This document shows, piece after piece, positions 62,801 to 64,000 of a stretch of DNA of 64,000 bases. The translations under genes and the position numbers were made by a program. Within the stretch, counting starts at the first letter, position 1. The number at the start of each line of letters is the position of its first letter. Origin of the DNA: Tubiluchus corallicola (lineage: Eukaryota; Animalia; Priapulida); NCBI GenBank assembly GCA_030141605.1, contig JAQGDQ010000018.1, positions 620,001 to 684,000 of the forward strand, in the 5' to 3' direction. Under the pieces are notes generated by a model. It saw only the letters and a program-made list of their open reading frames with translations, did no database searches and had not been told where the DNA came from.

Positions 62801-63736
62801 CTGAGGTCAAACAGATGGCAAAATGAAAAATGACTTGTTGAAGTAAAATTAAAGTTAATTAATATATAATTTGTTGTACTGAAAATGTATAGCAATATCC
62901 TTCACTTATGCATTTGACATGCTTGCAGGTTAGTTCCCAGCAATCAAGACATGCTTTGTTAGGAGCAAAAACTATACCTATTTTTTTTTAATTTGAATTT
63001 AAATTAAATGAATTGATTTTGAGTATTGATAATCATTTTTTGAAACCTTTACTGTGTCATATGGTTGATGGTTGCTCGCTTCAGTTTAGGGAAACCAACT
63101 AATATATTTTTTCTTTCTAGGGTGTTATGTTTTTCTCGTTTTGCTTGGATAGGAACATAACTGATATGTTTAATCTTTGGACTGAGATATTCAACAGGTG
63201 TAGTAATTTATGACTGACTATATCACTGTAGTCCTTGATCAATTTTCCTTTATGAGTAAAGATTCTGGAATAACTGAAATAGCTAAGTGACGATGGTATG
63301 TGTTGGGCTATTGTATTGTGCAATGCTGGGCCTGGTTTGTAAATGGGTTGATAACCCCTAAAAGAACTGATTATGGCTCAGTGACTTACCCGAGAGGATT
63401 ATCCTTGATGATTAGCAAGATTCTACACCTGCCACAACTGTCAACATTTTTAGGCACTGCATTAAGTGCTAGATTCAAGATTGCAATATGCCTAATTGCA
63501 TATAGAAATTGTGATTTCAGCATTTACTTTTTGTAACTGAACTTCTTTAAAAAAAATTTTATTTTGTTAGTGTGCACCTGTCAGACATGGACCGCCTGAT
63601 GACGCTAATAAGAATGTCTGCTGCAGAACTGGCAATGGAGTTACCTGTCCGAGGACATAGATATGCCATGGGTCATGCAGCAAGTTGTGTCATTCCTGCA
63701 GCTCATTTGAGAGAACAATGTGGTGGCTTAACTCAT
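50860..63736 (+). CDS. PITRM1: Presequence protease, mitochondrial (M16C metallopeptidase); 3' part outside window
   Basis: Exons 50860-50915 (basic presequence-like [18 protein letters not shown]), 52411-52489, 52753-52859, 53723-53874 ([15 protein letters not shown], HxxEH; RDPFFKML), 54459-54573, 55416-55512 ([17 protein letters not shown]), 55659-55819 (YHPSNA), 56228-56354, 56835-56923, 57043-57171, 57342-57455, 58036-58132, 58886-59020, 59187-59325, 59700-59816, 60075-60204 (QPTNG), 61506-61626 (IELKTGG), 63121-63197, 63571-63736. Phases are consistent. Confidence 0.95.
53253..53337. mobile_element. 85-bp hAT-type MITE
   Basis: 8-bp direct repeat GTGCTATG at 53245 and 53338, imperfect TIRs TAGAGCTAAGACGATTA / TAACCATCTCACCTTTA, internal IR AACCATTTAAC/GTTAAATGGTT. 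Confidence 0.7.
53996..54414. mobile_element. Tc1/mariner (Tigger-type) MITE in a PITRM1 intron
   Basis: TIRs CACTCATATCTCGGTTTGC / GCAAACTGAGATATGAGTG flanked by TA on both sides; internal imperfect direct repeat CTAGTTGG..CCGTCACTTT..TACATCA. Confidence 0.85.
58287..58341 (+). ncRNA. Candidate compact intronic box C/D snoRNA
   Basis: Stem AGTGTAC, T, box C GTGATGA (58295), 29 nt, box D CTGA (58331), then GTACACT; same strand as host PITRM1. Confidence 0.45.
59417..59507. mobile_element. 91-bp hAT-type MITE
   Basis: 8-bp direct repeat CCTTCAAC at 59409 and 59508, termini CAGAGAT/ATCTCTG, internal GCGGATAT/ATATCCGC. Confidence 0.8.
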
Positions 63737-64000
63737 GTATGCATGTCCATAAATAATTTTCAATCTAAACTTATAAAACGAAAGTAGTAATGTAAATCAT
63801 ATTATTGGAGTCTGAATACAGGTGATTATGCTATGCATATTATCACACTAAGCACATGGAAACATATGACTTGTAAGCTTTTCAATCATGTACTTTCAAT
63901 TATGCTCTTCAATAAAGTTTGACATTATGAGTAACGATTGAACAGAAAAGTAGAGGCCTTGCCTTACCTTAGTGACCTCTATTGAGCAGAGAAGCCAGAG

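Noticed and set aside
1505-63736. Functional mitochondrial gene cluster (TRAK plus PITRM1)
   Set aside because: Two mitochondria-related genes near each other is unremarkable without synteny or co-expression data.

Overview
AT-rich, intron-dense animal (invertebrate-like) genomic DNA. Three conserved multi-exon genes can be assembled with consistent splice phases: a TRAK/Milton kinesin-mitochondria adaptor (+, ~1.5-39.7 kb), DNAJC22/wurst (-, 48176-42988, ~351 aa) and PITRM1 presequence protease (+, from 50860, running off the window). A tRNA-Ser(CGA) lies between the divergent DNAJC22 and PITRM1 starts. The TRAK introns are crowded. The 17-kb intron holds three candidate phase-1 alternative first coding exons and, antisense, a chain of cryptic exons with weak discoidin/F5-8C-like motifs. 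The next intron holds a two-exon antisense gene for a ~730-aa secreted Pro/Tyr/Gly- and Thr-rich protein. Also seen: a frame-required GC-AG donor in DNAJC22 beside an out-of-frame GT, two Tyr-to-Cys changes in its J domain, a compact C/D-box snoRNA-like motif, and several LINE, hAT, Tigger-type and Helentron-like remnants. Gene models come from manual reading and splice-phase logic, and family assignments come from recalled motifs, not searches.
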